This document shows positions 37,984-47,169 of a stretch of DNA of 64,000 nt, one piece after another. Made by a program: the position numbers and the translations under genes. How positions within the stretch are numbered: the stretch's first letter is position 1; each line of letters starts with the position of its first letter. The DNA comes from Candidatus Heimdallarchaeum aukensis (GTDB lineage: Archaea > Asgardarchaeota > Heimdallarchaeia > Heimdallarchaeales > Heimdallarchaeaceae), in contig CP084166.1 in NCBI GenBank assembly GCA_021513695.1, positions 128,001 through 192,000 on the forward strand. Direction: 5' to 3'. The notes beneath the pieces were generated by a model. It saw nothing but the letters and a program-made list of their open reading frames with translations. It was not told the DNA's origin and made no database searches.

Positions 37984-39738
37984 ATGGAAAGGAAAATAAA
38001 AGAAGAAGTTGAAGAATTTCTGAATTTAGAACCGAAAGAACAAATAAGTATCGTTCAAAATCAATGCGAAGAAGTAATTTCACAAATAAAAGAAAAAAAT
38101 GTTGACTTGGAACATTTCATATACCAAGTAACAAAATTCAAAACTTTTTTTTCTCTTTTAAGTAAAGTAAGAAGGATTTATAGAAAAGAATACTTTGATC
38201 TTGTAGTTAATACATTAGCTAAACTTTGGTATGCTGTCGAAAAGTGCCAATCTCAAAAGTTGCTTTACCCTACTTTATCCGCTTTTACAGAAGTATTTTC
38301 CAAACTCAAAGGGTTAAATCCGTACTTTACTTTAGAAGCTTGTATAAATAAAACAATCTCATACAGTTTACTCCCCTCAATTGTAGAGTTAGAGATTCTT
38401 CTATCAAAAGAAAAGCAACATCTTCAATTTCTTCTTGACTATTTTCAGTTAGAATCAGTTTTAAAGCTAGTAGAAAAAGAAGAAGAAAAAATAACAATAA
38501 TACAATCAGCAACAAATTACATTCAAACACTAATTTTAACCTTATACAATTTCCTTTTTACTATTCCTAATCTGAAAAAAAAGGACTTTATTTCATGGTA
38601 TAAATTATTTGAAGAAGCGTTAAGCAAAGCTATCTCAACACATAAACTACTACTAAAACAAGAACTTTCAGAGATAAATAAATTTAGGACACTTCTATCT
38701 AAATCCTCACTCCATTCTATAAAAGCACAACTATTACTACTTTGGATAAAGTTTCTAAACGAAAAAAATGAAGAGAAGTTAAATCTAGCCTTAATGGAAA
38801 ACACACAGGCCATGCAAACAATCGAACACCTGCTCGATAATTCAATATATAAAGAAAATGTTAAACCCTATTATTTCCAGTATAAAACATTATTTTTGGA
38901 AACACGATTTTATCAGTTACTACATAATTTTGTAAAAAGCCAGTTTAGAAATGATTTACGTGTAGGAGATATAAAAGATGACAAAAAATCTTTATCTCTT
39001 AAAAATCTTAAATTCCAAGTAGATGAAATATTGAATGAAATATGGGAATACATAAGTGAAATACAAACAAAGGGAGACGACAGTATTATTGGAGTTTCCT
39101 CAAATATGATAAACACTTATGCAAAAGTATCTTATGGAGCTTACATTTACGAAATAAGAGAGAATATAGAGCAGATGGAACAAATAATAAAAACAAGAAG
39201 ATTGGATATTAGCGACCCTGAGCTATCTCTCATGTTAGGAAATTATTGGTTGATGAAATGGGGAGAAAATAACGAAAATAATCGAAAATATCTAGAATTA
39301 GCTGAATCTTATTTCACACGAGCAGCAGAAATTTATCAAATATTATTTAACAACAAAAAACTTCCAATATATGCATTTAGCATTTCAGGACTAATTTCGT
39401 TAAGACAAAATAATCCTCCGAAAGCAGAAGTCTTTTTCATGAAAGCAGATGATGTATTTAATGATGCTAAATATGCAGAAATATTAAATGAATCAGAGAT
39501 ACTATACTATACAAAATTTAGAGAGCAAATTGATAGAATATTGAACAATGAAAAAATAAAAAAACCATTAAGATTTAATAAACCTTTTAACCCACTAGAT
39601 TTCAACACATGGACAATAGAAAAAAAAGACTGGAGAAAAAAGTTTTCTTATATTGCAGAACCATTTCCATTTCATTTAACACAATTAAAAATACATGAGT
39701 TTGAATTTATGAGCCCAAGAAAGGAGAACGAAGAATGA
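37984..39738 (+). CDS. Hypothetical helical protein (TPR-like C-terminal part)
   Basis: A long ORF directly after aor. The track start at 37975 is GTG; the ATG is at 37984. The sequence is helix-rich, and YLELAESYFTRAAEIYQILFNN...KAEVFFMKADDVFNDAKY looks TPR-like. I recognised no catalytic motif. Confidence 0.6.
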   Translation: MERKIKEEVEEFLNLEPKEQISIVQNQCEEVISQIKEKNVDLEHFIYQVTKFKTFFSLLSKVRRIYRKEYFDLVVNTLAKLWYAVEKCQSQKLLYPTLSAFTEVFSKLKGLNPYFTLEACINKTISYSLLPSIVELEILLSKEKQHLQFLLDYFQLESVLKLVEKEEEKITIIQSATNYIQTLILTLYNFLFTIPNLKKKDFISWYKLFEEALSKAISTHKLLLKQELSEINKFRTLLSKSSLHSIKAQLLLLWIKFLNEKNEEKLNLALMENTQAMQTIEHLLDNSIYKENVKPYYFQYKTLFLETRFYQLLHNFVKSQFRNDLRVGDIKDDKKSLSLKNLKFQVDEILNEIWEYISEIQTKGDDSIIGVSSNMINTYAKVSYGAYIYEIRENIEQMEQIIKTRRLDISDPELSLMLGNYWLMKWGENNENNRKYLELAESYFTRAAEIYQILFNNKKLPIYAFSISGLISLRQNNPPKAEVFFMKADDVFNDAKYAEILNESEILYYTKFREQIDRILNNEKIKKPLRFNKPFNPLDFNTWTIEKKDWRKKFSYIAEPFPFHLTQLKIHEFEFMSPRKENEE

Positions 39739-39920
39739 ATAAGCAACAAAAGCAAAAAAAATCTATATGGCTAAAAGAAAATTTTTTGCTTTTACTTGTT
39801 TCTCTAATTACTATTTTTTTAGGAATATTTTTATGGTTTAAGTATGATGAAGTTTATTATCTTATCTTTACCTTTGTTACAGTTTCTCTATTTATCTATT
39901 TCTTATACAAAAACCAATAA
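39735..39920 (+). CDS. Small two-TM membrane protein
   Basis: A 61-aa ORF whose ATG overlaps the upstream stop (ATGA), suggesting coupling. It has two hydrophobic helices: FLLLLVSLITIFLGIFLWF and YLIFTFVTVSLFIYFLY. Confidence 0.45.
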   Translation: MNKQQKQKKSIWLKENFLLLLVSLITIFLGIFLWFKYDEVYYLIFTFVTVSLFIYFLYKNQ

Positions 39921-40216
39921 ATTTGACAACAATCATTTTGAGACTATTGAGTAATATATAAAATAAAAGAAGAAAATTGTTTATTCTTGTTTCATTCTTT
40001 TAATTCTTCCAAAGATAAGGAGTTCTAGTCTTGGAAAAAACAGCTTAACACTACCAACTTCAAATTATTCAACCATGAACATTTTTTGTTTTGCAAGAAT
40101 TAGCTCAATAGATCAGAATCTACTTGATTTTTTAGTTAACTCAATTTTTGTTCTAATGGTGGTACTTAAATTCAATTTTGTTCTCAAGAATATAGTGAAA
40201 AATAATAAGTAAATCT

Positions 40217-40732
40217 TTATTCTTTTGACTTTCTTACATTAAATGTCCATATTTCATTGAAAACATAATTGTTAATTACGGAAAGAATAAATGCGATACT
40301 TGTTGCGATAAAATCATTAATGCTTAAGACTGTTGCTAATAGATAGACAATACCTAAATTTACTACTGTTCCTGATGCTCCTACTATGCTAAATTTGATA
40401 AATTGTTTAAGTACATTTACTTCAATTCCTTCTTCTTTTTCTTTGAATGTCCATATTTTGTTTAGAATGAAATTATATATTGTAACAATTATTATTGCAA
40501 TAAATGTTGAAATAATTATTTTTTCTATTCTTATTTTTCCTATTGTGAATAATAGATCTTTTTCTATAATTTGATTAAGTATTTTGAGCATGACGAAAAT
40601 AATAAGTTCATTAATAGCTAAACCACCTATGCTGACTATAGCGAATCTTGTGAATCTTCTTTTAATTTGAGGGCTTAAGCTTTTTTTCTCCTTTTCAGGA
40701 TCGTTTTCCATTTCATTCATTTTGTTAATCAT
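40217..40732 (-). CDS. GtrA-family membrane protein
   Basis: RFTRFAIVSIGGLAINELIIFVML ... NKIWTFKEK ... FIKFSIVGASGTVVNLGIVYLL ... NYVFNEIWTF is the classic duplicated GtrA pattern. Confidence 0.8.
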   Translation of the reverse strand: MINKMNEMENDPEKEKKSLSPQIKRRFTRFAIVSIGGLAINELIIFVMLKILNQIIEKDLLFTIGKIRIEKIIISTFIAIIIVTIYNFILNKIWTFKEKEEGIEVNVLKQFIKFSIVGASGTVVNLGIVYLLATVLSINDFIATSIAFILSVINNYVFNEIWTFNVRKSKE

Positions 40733-40803
40733 GTTCTAAACAAATGCTTTTTAAATGCTTTTACGGAATTTTTTCTAAACAGTTATTGTTGAGAGGTTTA
40801 CAT

Positions 40804-41199
40804 ATGACTATTCACGTACAATATCTATCTCAAGTTATAGTTAGAATGAAGTTTGAAGGCGATTTTGATGACAAATTGATCGATGAATTAGATCGTTGTC
40901 TGGATGAACAGATAGGGAATACCCAAAAACAGTTATTCTACTTAATTGATCTATCAAGTTATGATAAAATTACTGCTAATAATGCTTCAACTGTTATTGC
41001 TGATAAACTAGCAGAGAGGGGAGATATTATAGCTAATGTTGCTTTTCTTGGTCAGAAAAAGATTAAGATCAAGAATAAAGACATTAAAGCTAAGTCTGAA
41101 GTTTTCACTAGTGATTTTAGTGCACAAAACTGGATCAGTGACAAGTCTCGTCATGGTTTCTTGGACCATATTTCTGTGAAATCACTTTTGGATAGGTAA
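40804..41199 (+). CDS. Hypothetical protein, possibly STAS/SpoIIAA-like
   Basis: The track start at 40744 would leave only 11 nt to the divergent gtrA-like start, so the ATG at 40804 (MTIHVQYLSQ) is preferred. The pattern VRMKFEGDFDD...LFYLIDLSS...ANVAFLG...FTSDFSAQNWI resembles STAS_2-type domains. This assignment is weak. Confidence 0.45.
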   Translation: MTIHVQYLSQVIVRMKFEGDFDDKLIDELDRCLDEQIGNTQKQLFYLIDLSSYDKITANNASTVIADKLAERGDIIANVAFLGQKKIKIKNKDIKAKSEVFTSDFSAQNWISDKSRHGFLDHISVKSLLDR

Positions 41200-41208
41200 A
41201 GTAATTAC

Positions 41209-42174
41209 CTATTCTCCCAAATTTTTTCTCCAGTTGTAATCTTCTTTTGCTATCAGTGTAACAGCAGAATCTTCTTTTGAATCGATGATTTTTAATTCTG
41301 TATTTTCTATAATCTTCTTTGAAAATTCTAGTATTTTTGGGTACCTTGGCATTATTTCATAAGGTAACCTTTTTCTTGCGTCTCCAACACTCATAAAACC
41401 TTTTACTTCTAGAAAATGAGCTTCTGATCTTAAAAATAATTCAGCAAAAGCTTCTGGTTCGACTAAATTGTAGTTTTCATCTACTAAAGTTAATCTTATA
41501 ACTTTTCTAGTGTTAAGCGAAGGAAGTAATTCAATTGTTTCCATCACTTTGTTCCATAGATTTGAAAAAGAAGGACGAGCAGTTTTTTTGAAACTTTCTT
41601 CAGTAGGGGCAATTAGAGTAACATAGAGTTGAGTAGGAAGAGGGTCAAGTTTCTTCAACATTTCAGGATTAGTGCCATTAGTTACTAGAAAAGTAGTCAT
41701 ATCACGATTGTGGAACTCTTGAATTAATTCTGGTAACAAAGGATAGAAAGTTGGTTCTCCACTTAAAGAAATTGCAGCATGTTTTGGATTGTAAGCTTCT
41801 TCATATAATCTTGGTTCTACTTTTGGATGATTTTTGAATCCTGCAATTAGTCTTCTTTGATGTTCTATCATTTGATCAATAATATATTCCGGTTTGTCAA
41901 CTTTTCCTCTCATTAATTCTTTGTTGTACCATGATGCACTTCTCCAGCAAAAAACACATTTTAGATTACACCATATTGTTGCAGGAGTACATTGAAGACA
42001 ACGGTGAGAAGCTATTCCGTAAAATTGTTGTTTATAGCAAAAACCTTCTCCTTTTAACGCGTGCTTTAACCAGGTGCAAATTTTTACTGCAGAGTGATTA
42101 CCAGCTATTCTGTACTGTTGTTTTTCTAGTTTGTCTTTCAATTTTGGAGGAATAATGTTTGTATTTAAACTCAT
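41209..42174 (-). CDS. taw1: tRNA 4-demethylwyosine synthase Taw1 (archaeal TYW1, radical SAM), intact copy
   Basis: GNHSAVKICTWLKHALKGEGFCYKQQFYGIASHRCLQCTP followed by the radical SAM cluster CNLKCVFCWR. The protein is 321 aa. Confidence 0.9.
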   Translation of the reverse strand: MSLNTNIIPPKLKDKLEKQQYRIAGNHSAVKICTWLKHALKGEGFCYKQQFYGIASHRCLQCTPATIWCNLKCVFCWRSASWYNKELMRGKVDKPEYIIDQMIEHQRRLIAGFKNHPKVEPRLYEEAYNPKHAAISLSGEPTFYPLLPELIQEFHNRDMTTFLVTNGTNPEMLKKLDPLPTQLYVTLIAPTEESFKKTARPSFSNLWNKVMETIELLPSLNTRKVIRLTLVDENYNLVEPEAFAELFLRSEAHFLEVKGFMSVGDARKRLPYEIMPRYPKILEFSKKIIENTELKIIDSKEDSAVTLIAKEDYNWRKNLGE

Positions 42175-42301
42175 TAGATTTACTTATTTTTCTTTATTTT
42201 TAGACTTTATCTTTATTGAAATTTTTTTTGATTAAATTTACTATAAAATTAACAAAGGAAAACAATAGATTAAAATATTTAAAAAATTAAAATATACTGA
42301 T

Positions 42302-43417
42302 ATGGTTAGTATTAAAAAAGTTCTCAAGCAACTAGAAGATTCTGATCCTATAGTTCGAAGAGATGCAATACTTACTCTTGGAGAACTAAAAGACGAAAAA
42401 GGGGTTGATCCTTTAATTAAGTGTGTTCAACAAGAAATAAAAGAAAATAGAATCACCGCTATTGTTGCACTTTCAGATATTGGAGATCATAGGGCTATTG
42501 AAATATTAATCTACTGTTTAATGGATGATGATGAAGAAATAAGACTTGCTGCTGCTCGAGCTTTAGGACGATTTACTTCTCCTCAAGCTATCACTACTTT
42601 ACTTGTTTCATTAAAAAAAGACCCAAGTGTGAGAGTTAAGAGTCGTGCAGCTCTATCTTTAGGGAGTATTGGTTCAGAACTGCCTGTTGAAGAATTACTT
42701 AAAGAATCTAAATTAGAACACCCAACCACTCTTCTTTATTCTATAAATTCTGCTTTGACAATGATAGCAAAGAAAAATGGTTATAGTTCAGTAGATGAAC
42801 TTGTTCAAAAAATAAGGGCTAAAAAGGCAGAAGTAGATGAGAAAACACCAGAGCATAAACAAATTCAGGAGAAAGAAGAGCTCGAATCTTTTCCTCGTTT
42901 ATATGACTACATTAGAAAATATGTAGCTCGAGAACTAGAAGGGGTACAAACAGTATTAAGTATTAACTCAGATGAAAAGACTGCATCAAAGAAAATAGCT
43001 GATATTTTAGCAGAAAAATTCTGGAAATTTGCTGAATGGATCGGAAAAAGAATGGGACATAAATTAACTGAATATCAATCTGATTTGCTCTGGCAGATGA
43101 TATGGGATACATCAAGGCCAATTAGAAATGAAATTTACCAAATGATAAGAGATCATCGCTCAGAATTAGAGGAATTAAATCGATTCCAGAAATGGCTCAA
43201 CAAAATAGAAGAACAAAAAGAAGAAGAAATCGTTAAAGATATTGAAAGAAGCAGACCTAAACCCATTATTCAAACTTCAAATAATGTGAAAAAAGACGAA
43301 GCAGAGACAATTAGAGCTGCAGATTTGGCAAGAAGTATTTCTTCAAATCTTGAAGAAATAATGGGCAAATATTCTAGTTGGAAAACAAGAGAGTTAAAAG
43401 ATGAAGAAGATTATTAA
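42302..43417 (+). CDS. HEAT-repeat (PBS-lyase type) protein with C-terminal charged coiled-coil region, copy A
   Basis: LEDSDPIVRRDAILTLGELKDEKGVDPLI, IGDHRAIEILIYCLMDDDEEIRLAAARALGRF, KKDPSVRVKSRAALSLGSIG. Confidence 0.7.
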   Translation: MVSIKKVLKQLEDSDPIVRRDAILTLGELKDEKGVDPLIKCVQQEIKENRITAIVALSDIGDHRAIEILIYCLMDDDEEIRLAAARALGRFTSPQAITTLLVSLKKDPSVRVKSRAALSLGSIGSELPVEELLKESKLEHPTTLLYSINSALTMIAKKNGYSSVDELVQKIRAKKAEVDEKTPEHKQIQEKEELESFPRLYDYIRKYVARELEGVQTVLSINSDEKTASKKIADILAEKFWKFAEWIGKRMGHKLTEYQSDLLWQMIWDTSRPIRNEIYQMIRDHRSELEELNRFQKWLNKIEEQKEEEIVKDIERSRPKPIIQTSNNVKKDEAETIRAADLARSISSNLEEIMGKYSSWKTRELKDEEDY

Positions 43418-43542
43418 GCTTCTTTAAAATTCTGAAAATTGCCAAAAAAATTTTTCTAAAACAATTTTTTATTATTTATTAATTTTCGTAATACCTTGCT
43501 AATACTAAATCCTTCACGACAAAAACATATTTATTTCTGTTT

Positions 43543-43565
43543 ACAATTGTGATATAGTAGATATC
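43543..43565. promoter_or_regulatory. Palindromic elements directly upstream of the RHH gene (candidate operator); duplicated at 46891-46913
   Basis: ACAATTGT (43543-43550, a perfect palindrome) is followed by GATAT-AGTAG-ATATC (43551-43565, 5-bp inverted arms). They end 4 nt before the ATG at 43570. RHH regulators typically bind repeats in their own promoters. Confidence 0.3.
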
Positions 43566-43569
43566 TAAG

Positions 43570-43779
43570 ATGGAATATGGGGTTAATATGAAAAAAAAGC
43601 TGATTACATTTAAAGTAACAGAAGCTATGATGAAATGGATAGCAGAAATGATGGAAAAGGGGAATTATAAAAATAGAACAGAATTAATTGTAGATGCTCT
43701 TAGAGAGTTTCTCATCCAAGAAAGAATGGTTGAAGATCAGGAAGAACTAGAAGCAATTTTTGAAAGAATTGATGAATAG
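43570..43779 (+). CDS. Ribbon-helix-helix (CopG/Arc-like) DNA-binding protein, copy A
   Basis: KKLITFKVTEAMMKWIAEMMEKGNYKNRTELIVDALREFLIQE follows the beta-alpha-alpha RHH pattern (compare ...ggysnRSElireAlreyL). The likely true start is the second ATG (MKKKL) at 43588. Confidence 0.7.
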   Translation: MEYGVNMKKKLITFKVTEAMMKWIAEMMEKGNYKNRTELIVDALREFLIQERMVEDQEELEAIFERIDE

Positions 43780-43821
43780 TTCTCTTATAACTCCTTCTGT
43801 ATTTCTGTTATTTTAGCCCTA

Positions 43822-44629
43822 TTATTCAAACCAATACATAGATGTTTTTTCGAAACATTCTTTTGTTAAATTTTGTGAAAGCTTAAAATAATTAGTAACT
43901 TTTTTATCTATCCTTTTTCTGAAAATCACTGCTTGATTAAAATCTCTATCTGATTTTATCCAGTTTTTTGTAATTTCTTTCATTGTTACCCAGATATCAG
44001 AGGAAGGAAAAGGGATTGGTATCTCTCTAAAAAGGTTTGAAGTTATGTCTCTTACAATAAAACTTTCTACTATAAATTGAACAAATGAGGAGGAAAGATA
44101 ACCAAACAACCCATAAAGGTCTATTTGTTCATCAGGAATTATGATGTCAAAAATGTCGTTTACGTAATAGCCTTCTAGGTCCAAACCAATAAAATACTTC
44201 TTTCCTCTATTTCTACGGACTATTTTTGGTTTTTCAAATATTTGATGATCTCCTGGTGCTCCTAATACTTTTCTGTCATAAATTATTTTTTCTTTTCCTG
44301 GAAAAACTTCAAAGTTTATGACACCTTCTTTGTAATTATTTGAAAAGATATTGTGTCTTACTATTTCTACAGATTTAATTTCATTTGAATATTTCTTTTT
44401 TTTAATATACTTCTCTTTGTATCTCTTTGTTATCGTTAATCCTCGTCTAATAAAAGAATGTTCTTTTAATTTAGGGTAATTATTCAGGATAGTGCTGATT
44501 TCCTTTTGACTTTCAGAACTAAAATTTGAAAAAAGAAAAAGAGGAGGGAAAATGAAGCTATAGTCTATTTTGTGTTCATGATTATCTTTTCTTTTATGAA
44601 ATTTAATGTAATTACTTTCGTTTTTTAAA
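43822..44629 (-). pseudogene. 3' fragment (~268 codons) of the N6-adenine DNA methyltransferase gene, truncated at the duplication junction
   Basis: Identical to 47170-47977. It lacks the start codon, the SAM-binding motif and NPPW. Track ORF 43822-44184 (identical to the last 120 residues of the 663-aa protein except Leu544 read as Met from the TTG start) is only its tail. Confidence 0.8.
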
Positions 44630-45524
44630 AATCGATGATTTTTAATTCTGTATTTTCTATAATCTTCTTTGAAAATTCTAGTATTTTTGGGTACCTTGGC
44701 ATTATTTCATAAGGTAACCTTTTTCTTGCGTCTCCAACACTCATAAAACCTTTTACTTCTAGAAAATGAGCTTCTGATCTTAAAAATAATTCAGCAAAAG
44801 CTTCTGGTTCGACTAAATTGTAGTTTTCATCTACTAAAGTTAATCTTATAACTTTTCTAGTGTTAAGCGAAGGAAGTAATTCAATTGTTTCCATCACTTT
44901 GTTCCATAGATTTGAAAAAGAAGGACGAGCAGTTTTTTTGAAACTTTCTTCAGTAGGGGCAATTAGAGTAACATAGAGTTGAGTAGGAAGAGGGTCAAGT
45001 TTCTTCAACATTTCAGGATTAGTGCCATTAGTTACTAGAAAAGTAGTCATATCACGATTGTGGAACTCTTGAATTAATTCTGGTAACAAAGGATAGAAAG
45101 TTGGTTCTCCACTTAAAGAAATTGCAGCATGTTTTGGATTGTAAGCTTCTTCATATAATCTTGGTTCTACTTTTGGATGATTTTTGAATCCTGCAATTAG
45201 TCTTCTTTGATGTTCTATCATTTGATCAATAATATATTCCGGTTTGTCAACTTTTCCTCTCATTAATTCTTTGTTGTACCATGATGCACTTCTCCAGCAA
45301 AAAACACATTTTAGATTACACCATATTGTTGCAGGAGTACATTGAAGACAACGGTGAGAAGCTATTCCGTAAAATTGTTGTTTATAGCAAAAACCTTCTC
45401 CTTTTAACGCGTGCTTTAACCAGGTGCAAATTTTTACTGCAGAGTGATTACCAGCTATTCTGTACTGTTGTTTTTCTAGTTTGTCTTTCAATTTTGGAGG
45501 AATAATGTTTGTATTTAAACTCAT
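44625..45524 (-). CDS. taw1: Taw1 duplicate, C-terminally truncated at the duplication junction (last 23 residues replaced by Phe-stop)
   Basis: The first 298 residues are identical to 41209-42174. The frame then crosses the junction at 44629|44630 and terminates. It is unknown whether the product is functional. Confidence 0.6.
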   Translation of the reverse strand: MSLNTNIIPPKLKDKLEKQQYRIAGNHSAVKICTWLKHALKGEGFCYKQQFYGIASHRCLQCTPATIWCNLKCVFCWRSASWYNKELMRGKVDKPEYIIDQMIEHQRRLIAGFKNHPKVEPRLYEEAYNPKHAAISLSGEPTFYPLLPELIQEFHNRDMTTFLVTNGTNPEMLKKLDPLPTQLYVTLIAPTEESFKKTARPSFSNLWNKVMETIELLPSLNTRKVIRLTLVDENYNLVEPEAFAELFLRSEAHFLEVKGFMSVGDARKRLPYEIMPRYPKILEFSKKIIENTELKIIDF

Positions 45525-45649
45525 TAGATTTACTTATTTTCTTTATTTTTAGACTTTATCTTTATTGAAATTTTTTTGATTAAATTTACTATAAAATTAA
45601 CAAAGGAAAACAATAGATTAAAATATTTAAAAAATTAAAATATACTGAT

Positions 45650-46765
45650 ATGGTTAGTATTAAAAAAGTTCTCAAGCAACTAGAAGATTCTGATCCTATA
45701 GTTCGAAGAGATGCAATACTTACTCTTGGAGAACTAAAAGACGAAAAAGGGGTTGATCCTTTAATTAAGTGTGTTCAACAAGAAATAAAAGAAAATAGAA
45801 TCACCGCTATTGTTGCACTTTCAGATATTGGAGATCATAGGGCTATTGAAATATTAATCTACTGTTTAATGGATGATGATGAAGAAATAAGACTTGCTGC
45901 TGCTCGAGCTTTAGGACGATTTACTTCTCCTCAAGCTATCACTACTTTACTTGTTTCATTAAAAAAAGACCCAAGTGTGAGAGTTAAGAGTCGTGCAGCT
46001 CTATCTTTAGGGAGTATTGGTTCAGAACTGCCTGTTGAAGAATTACTTAAAGAATCTAAATTAGAACACCCAACCACTCTTCTTTATTCTATAAATTCTG
46101 CTTTGACAATGATAGCAAAGAAAAATGGTTATAGTTCAGTAGATGAACTTGTTCAAAAAATAAGGGCTAAAAAGGCAGAAGTAGATGAGAAAACACCAGA
46201 GCATAAACAAATTCAGGAGAAAGAAGAGCTCGAATCTTTTCCTCGTTTATATGACTACATTAGAAAATATGTAGCTCGAGAACTAGAAGGGGTACAAACA
46301 GTATTAAGTATTAACTCAGATGAAAAGACTGCATCAAAGAAAATAGCTGATATTTTAGCAGAAAAATTCTGGAAATTTGCTGAATGGATCGGAAAAAGAA
46401 TGGGACATAAATTAACTGAATATCAATCTGATTTGCTCTGGCAGATGATATGGGATACATCAAGGCCAATTAGAAATGAAATTTACCAAATGATAAGAGA
46501 TCATCGCTCAGAATTAGAGGAATTAAATCGATTCCAGAAATGGCTCAACAAAATAGAAGAACAAAAAGAAGAAGAAATCGTTAAAGATATTGAAAGAAGC
46601 AGACCTAAACCCATTATTCAAACTTCAAATAATGTGAAAAAAGACGAAGCAGAGACAATTAGAGCTGCAGATTTGGCAAGAAGTATTTCTTCAAATCTTG
46701 AAGAAATAATGGGCAAATATTCTAGTTGGAAAACAAGAGAGTTAAAAGATGAAGAAGATTATTAA
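45650..46765 (+). CDS. HEAT-repeat protein, copy B (identical translation to 42302-43417)
   Basis: The 371-aa translation is identical to copy A. Confidence 0.7.
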   Translation: MVSIKKVLKQLEDSDPIVRRDAILTLGELKDEKGVDPLIKCVQQEIKENRITAIVALSDIGDHRAIEILIYCLMDDDEEIRLAAARALGRFTSPQAITTLLVSLKKDPSVRVKSRAALSLGSIGSELPVEELLKESKLEHPTTLLYSINSALTMIAKKNGYSSVDELVQKIRAKKAEVDEKTPEHKQIQEKEELESFPRLYDYIRKYVARELEGVQTVLSINSDEKTASKKIADILAEKFWKFAEWIGKRMGHKLTEYQSDLLWQMIWDTSRPIRNEIYQMIRDHRSELEELNRFQKWLNKIEEQKEEEIVKDIERSRPKPIIQTSNNVKKDEAETIRAADLARSISSNLEEIMGKYSSWKTRELKDEEDY

Positions 46766-46917
46766 GCTTCTTTAAAATTCTGAAAATTGCCAAAAAAATT
46801 TTTCTAAAACAATTTTTTATTATTTATTAATTTTCGTAATACCTTGCTAATACTAAATCCTTCACGACAAAAACATATTTATTTCTGTTTACAATTGTGA
46901 TATAGTAGATATCTAAG

Positions 46918-47127
46918 ATGGAATATGGGGTTAATATGAAAAAAAAGCTGATTACATTTAAAGTAACAGAAGCTATGATGAAATGGATAGCAGAAATGAT
47001 GGAAAAGGGGAATTATAAAAATAGAACAGAATTAATTGTAGATGCTCTTAGAGAGTTTCTCATCCAAGAAAGAATGGTTGAAGATCAGGAAGAACTAGAA
47101 GCAATTTTTGAAAGAATTGATGAATAG
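46918..47127 (+). CDS. Ribbon-helix-helix DNA-binding protein, copy B
   Basis: The 69-aa translation is identical to copy A. Confidence 0.7.
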   Translation: MEYGVNMKKKLITFKVTEAMMKWIAEMMEKGNYKNRTELIVDALREFLIQERMVEDQEELEAIFERIDE

Positions 47128-47169
47128 TTCTCTTATAACTCCTTCTGTATTTCTGTTATTTTAGCCCTA

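Larger units (their letters stand above)
41280..44629. repeat. Tandem duplication, copy A (3350 bp)
   Basis: Repeated at 44630-47977. See the evidence for copy B and the first finding. Confidence 0.9.

Noticed and set aside
39921-40216. 296-nt ORF-free gap between convergent genes, examined for a tRNA or ncRNA
   Set aside because: I could see no GC-rich ~75-nt island, acceptor/T-arm-like complementarity or strong hairpin. I cannot support an RNA gene without a covariance-model scan (tRNAscan-SE or Infernal), which would be the decisive test.
41931-42155. 74-aa + strand ORF (duplicated at 45281-45505)
   Set aside because: It is antisense within taw1. Its duplication merely reflects the 3.35-kb segmental repeat.
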